11,458 nt of DNA from Candidatus Eiseniibacteriota bacterium (GTDB taxonomy: Bacteria; Eisenbacteria; RBG-16-71-46; CAZEPH01): the NCBI GenBank assembly GCA_044229145.1, contig JBGATO010000102.1, positions 1 through 11,458 on the forward strand, read 5' to 3'. Positions 8,580 to 11,458 of the stretch are shown here, piece after piece. The translations under genes were made by a program, and so were the position numbers. The notes below the pieces were generated by a model. That model was given only the letters and a program-made list of their open reading frames with translations, ran no database searches and was not told the DNA's origin. Positions within the stretch are counted from its first letter, which is position 1, and every line of letters begins with the position of its first letter.

Positions 8580-9142
8580 GAACCGTCGCCGGTTCCGGAC
8601 GGATACACTGACCGGCGCCACACGTAGCGACTTACGGTGTGCCGGCCACCCTGGAACCGCATGACGGTGTCGTCGCCATGAACGAATGCGGCGCGCTCCA
8701 AGGTGCGGCGCGACGGCATGTTCGCAGACTCCGTGATGGCCAGAATGGCGGGCAGGTTGAAACTCTCCGCGGCCCACTGGCACGCGCCCCGCAGCGCCTC
8801 GGCGCCATAGCCGCGCCTGCGCGCGCCCTCGGCGATGGCGTAGGAAACCTCCACCTCGCCATCCAGTGGAGAAAACCCGACGTGGCCAAGCAGCGCTCCG
8901 CCATCGCGGTCTTCGACGGCCAGGACGTAGGGACCAAGACGCGGATCACCGGGCGACCAGTAGCAGGCGATCAGGTAGCGGATGCGAGCAGTGGCCGCGT
9001 TCGCATCGGCGTAGACGTGGGAAGGCAGCCAGCGCCGCGTGGAAGGCTCGCCGTTCAGCTCCATCATTCGCGCCGCGTCTTCGAGGAGAAGGTGGCGCAG
9101 CCGGAGAAACGGAGGGTCAAGCGGGAGCGGGTTGGCGGGCAT
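8576..9142 (-). CDS. GNAT family N-acetyltransferase (RimJ/RimL, Acetyltransf_3 type)
   Basis: ATG 9142 (TTG 9145 alternative). Motifs LRLRHL..EDA, LLGHVGF, EVEVSYAI, ARRRGYGAEA (acetyl-CoA binding motif A), NMPSRRTLERAAF. Confidence 0.85.
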   Translation of the reverse strand: MPANPLPLDPPFLRLRHLLLEDAARMMELNGEPSTRRWLPSHVYADANAATARIRYLIACYWSPGDPRLGPYVLAVEDRDGGALLGHVGFSPLDGEVEVSYAIAEGARRRGYGAEALRGACQWAAESFNLPAILAITESANMPSRRTLERAAFVHGDDTVMRFQGGRHTVSRYVWRRSVYPSGTGDGS

Positions 9143-9190
9143 CAAGGGCGCTGCGAAGGTCGATCGGTGAAGCCTGGCAATTCCGCCCCA

Positions 9191-9460
9191 CCCAGGTCTT
9201 ATCGAGGACTACCCGACCTGACCTACCACCTGCACGATCGCGACGTACTGGTGACGACCTGCGGCCGCATCTGCATGCACCGTAAACGGATCAACATCTC
9301 GACCGTCCTGGCCGGTCAGCGGGTAAGCATCAAGGAAGTCTACGAAGGCATCTGGATCGTAAGCTTCATGCATTACGATCTCGGCTACATCGACCTGGAG
9401 CAGAAGACACTGCAACCCCTCGACAACCCGTTCGGCGCGAGGTTGTTACCTATGTCTTAG
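9191..9460 (+). pseudogene. IS481-family transposase, C-terminal remnant (about 89 aa)
   Basis: PRSYRGLPDLTYHLHDRDVLVTTCGRICMHRKRINISTVLAGQRVSIKEVYEGIWIVSFMHYDLGYIDLEQKTLQPLDNPFGARLLPMS* matches the C-terminus I recognise from proteobacterial IS481-family transposases. No start codon or DDE core; the upstream part of ORF 8639..9460 is antisense GNAT. Confidence 0.85.
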
Positions 9461-9494
9461 GTACAGTCTGTTACCCATGTCTCAAGACTGCACC
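9444..9494 (+). mobile_element. Right end of the IS481-family element, with two tandem transposase-binding-like repeats
   Basis: TGTTACCTATGTCT (9444-9457) and TGTTACCCATGTCT (9469-9482), 13/14 identical with a 25-bp period, overlapping the transposase stop. The putative tip reads ..TGCACC instead of the canonical ..ACA. Confidence 0.7.
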
Positions 9495-9505
9495 ATTGTT
9501 TTTAT

Positions 9506-9524
9506 TGGCGTCCCCAGGGGGATT
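9506..9524 (-). other. tRNA-Glu 3'-end fragment (att-like site at a genomic island boundary), not a complete tRNA
   Basis: Minus strand reads AATCCCCCTGGGGACGCCA, i.e. the end of the T-loop, T-stem 3' strand, acceptor strand GGGGAC, discriminator G and CCA (cf. E. coli tRNA-Glu ..AATCCCCTAGGGGACGCCA). Similarity stops abruptly at 9524. Confidence 0.75.
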
Positions 9525-9640
9525 AGTCGCTATTCCCACTTTAATTTTCAATGGGTTGGCGCAGTCAGTTTAGGGATTCGAACGTAAGCCGCCACTTTCC
9601 CGTGCCTTGTAGCCCCGACAATCGATTGCGCCGCCTGCAG

Positions 9641-11458
9641 CTATGAGAATCCGGCTGACGCGAATTTCTTCGCGCGGCCGAGGCACTTGCCATCTAGCGG
9701 CAACAAAGCGTCCAACACCACAAGGTCCGCGAATAGCCGGCGGCATGGCGGCCCCTTGGGGATGGTGAAGGCATAGTCGGCCATTCGGCCGCCCATCCAC
9801 TCGATTGCTTTCGCCTTATCTCTGAGCGCACCGGAGGCAACGACCAGGATGCGATAGCCCGTCACGACATCAACCAATTCGGTGAGCCTGCTCGCATCGC
9901 GTACCAGGGCAAGTCCAATCGCGTCCGCAAGCGATTCACACGCCTGTGTCGCCGCAACGTCTGCAGCCAAAAGCAGTGCCTCCAAGAACCGCTGCCTTCC
10001 AGTGTCTCCCTCGCGAATCGTGGCGCGTCCGATGGACTTCGAAAGGGCTTCGAGTAGTGTGCTGTCAAATCGGAGCAGCCTGCATGCGACTGCCATCCCC
10101 TTCCATGCCTCCCCAATTGGATCCTCGCAAATCTCTGCCCCCGCCGTCGCAAAGTGCTCTGACACTCCCTCCGAGTCCGTACCTTTCCGCTGCGCAAAAT
10201 CTGCCATTCGCGCACCAACTCGGCATAGGGGGCCAGGCCGTTCCGCGTCGAGCAAGCCACCCTCTGCCTGCAATGCATTCAGGGCCGAGTCCACGATGCC
10301 ACCGATCCCGCGCTCATCGAGAAGCGGCTTTATTGCCATCACGCGGCCCATTGTCGAGGCTCGGAGTAGGCCCGGCGACAAGTCCCAAGCTCTCCATAAT
10401 GGCTCTTCCATCATGTCCAAAAGAGATGCTGCCACATCCATCTCCGTTTCCACGCCGCCAAGCCAGTCGACAAATCGGTCGACATTGTCTTCGTCTACCT
10501 CCAGTAACTCGACAAGAATATGAGCGTGGGCGCAGGCGGCAAGCCGGCGCCAGGAAAGGGGCAATACCGAGAGCTCTTCACTCACGCTAATCTTTCCAAG
10601 CGTCGCTCGCACAAGTGCTGGCATCAGCTTCCACGCAATGGCAATTCCATTCTTCTTTGCCTTCTCACCAAAGAGACGCTCTAATGTGTCTGCGGCCAAT
10701 TCAATGAATCCCTGATTCATTGAAAAGTTCGAAACGGCGATTTCGAGGATGCCGAGTAATGCAATCGGCGACCTGGATTCGGCGAACTCATGCAACGCGC
10801 CGACAGCAAATCCACGGCTTGCACGTCCCGGCAGAATCTGACGGGAGATAGGGACGAATCGAAGTTCAATGCCAGCGCACGCTTCAAGCCATCATGGAGC
10901 GAAACTCGAATAGCTTCGCACAAGTCGGGCACTAGGACATCTTCTATCCAAACTGGCTGCGCGTTGATCTCGCGCGGCTGCCCGACAAGAGTGGAAAAAT
11001 AGACAAGCGATGTTGGGATAAACTCATCGACACCCATCTGCGCACCAGATCTCCATTTGCGCTCAAGCGCGGCGAGGAATTGACTTGGTGTCTCGCGGAA
11101 ATCCGATAACAGATGAGAAAGCTCGATCTCACGGAGAGCCCCTTCAGAAAGGGTCGCGCGCCAGCGTTCCACGCTTGGCATCTTCGGCCAACATTGGGCA
11201 GCGGCGTGCGTCAATGTGGCCAATCTGACTTCCCGGTCCGGGTCGAAAAACCCGAATTCCCAAATTGCTCGGTCCGCCTTCCCCTCTCCTGTCAACGAAA
11301 TGCCACTTACCTTCGGTATCCTCCGTAAGACGATTTGTTTACCGTTGCGTGCTTTCAGTTGCGCTTCCCCGTTCCCATCCCGTGCGCGTTGAAGCGCGGA
11401 GATAATGTCAGCATGTCTAATCGAGCCTAGATCCCCATAGCTAAGAAAGGACAGGTCA
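9641..11458 (-). pseudogene. C-terminal ~600 aa of a large unassigned protein, frameshifted near 10796; 5' part lies outside the window
   Basis: The frame of ORF 10717..11295 stays open to 11457 (DLSFLSYGDLGSIRHADIISALQRARDGNGEAQLKARNGKQIVLRRIPKVSGISLTGEGK..). It joins ORF 9641..10795 at ..GAT TTG CTG TCG GCG [CG] TTG CAT GAG.. (DLLSA/LHEFAES). Stop TAG at 9641-9643. Confidence 0.7.

Larger units (their letters stand above)
9506..11458. mobile_element. Left edge of a putative tRNA-Glu-integrated genomic island
   Basis: tRNA 3' fragment at the boundary, drop in GC (spot counts 28-40 of 60 per line versus 42-53 of 60 in the left-hand genes) and loss of GC3 codon bias. No integrase is visible in the window. 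Confidence 0.65.

Noticed and set aside
199..8783. Many long overlapping ORFs (e.g. 199..1083 -, 1235..2662 +, 1296..2504 -, 2446..3570 -, 3907..5880 -, 4380..5912 +, 5841..8783 -, 6398..8611 +)
   Set aside because: Arg/Pro/Ala/Gly-rich shadow or antisense frames of well-supported genes, expected at about 70% GC; no recognisable motifs.
8639..9460. 273-aa ORF as an intact gene
   Set aside because: Chimera of antisense GNAT sequence and the in-frame transposase tail; only about 9191-9460 is protein-like.
9444..9482. Two 14-bp direct repeats as a CRISPR mini-array
   Set aside because: Only two units with an 11-bp gap and no cas genes; they overlap a transposase stop and are better explained as IS end repeats.
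9506..9583. A complete tRNA gene
   Set aside because: Only 3'-end and T-arm fragments are present; no D-arm, anticodon arm or 5' acceptor strand can be folded.
9570..11328. Small ORFs overlapping the island gene (9570..9800, 9862..10278, 9882..10523, 9946..10590, 10790..11002, 10944..11132, 11113..11328)
   Set aside because: Alternative-frame or antisense to the large minus-strand gene; no motifs or SD support.

Overview
High-GC (about 70% by spot counts), probably betaproteobacterial chromosome segment that runs into the edge of a lower-GC genomic island. Left to right: partial membrane-protein gene (-); polytopic membrane protein (+); glucarate-dehydratase-like enolase followed by a Bug/TctC solute-binding protein (+); Tat-exported Cys-type sulfatase (-); DUF1254/DUF1214 lipoprotein (-) with an intrinsic terminator; divergent AraC regulator (+); convergent RimJ/RimL-type GNAT (-). 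Next come a 3' remnant of an IS481-family transposase with its repeated terminal sequence and, 11 bp further on, a 19-bp tRNA-Glu 3'-end fragment (att-like scar). Beyond this, GC falls to about 50-60% and the C-terminal ~600 codons of a large, frameshifted, unassigned gene run off the right edge. The most interesting part is the 9190-9640 junction (IS end docked at a tRNA 3' end plus island boundary) and the large island cargo gene. All family calls come from motif recognition by eye; no searches were run.
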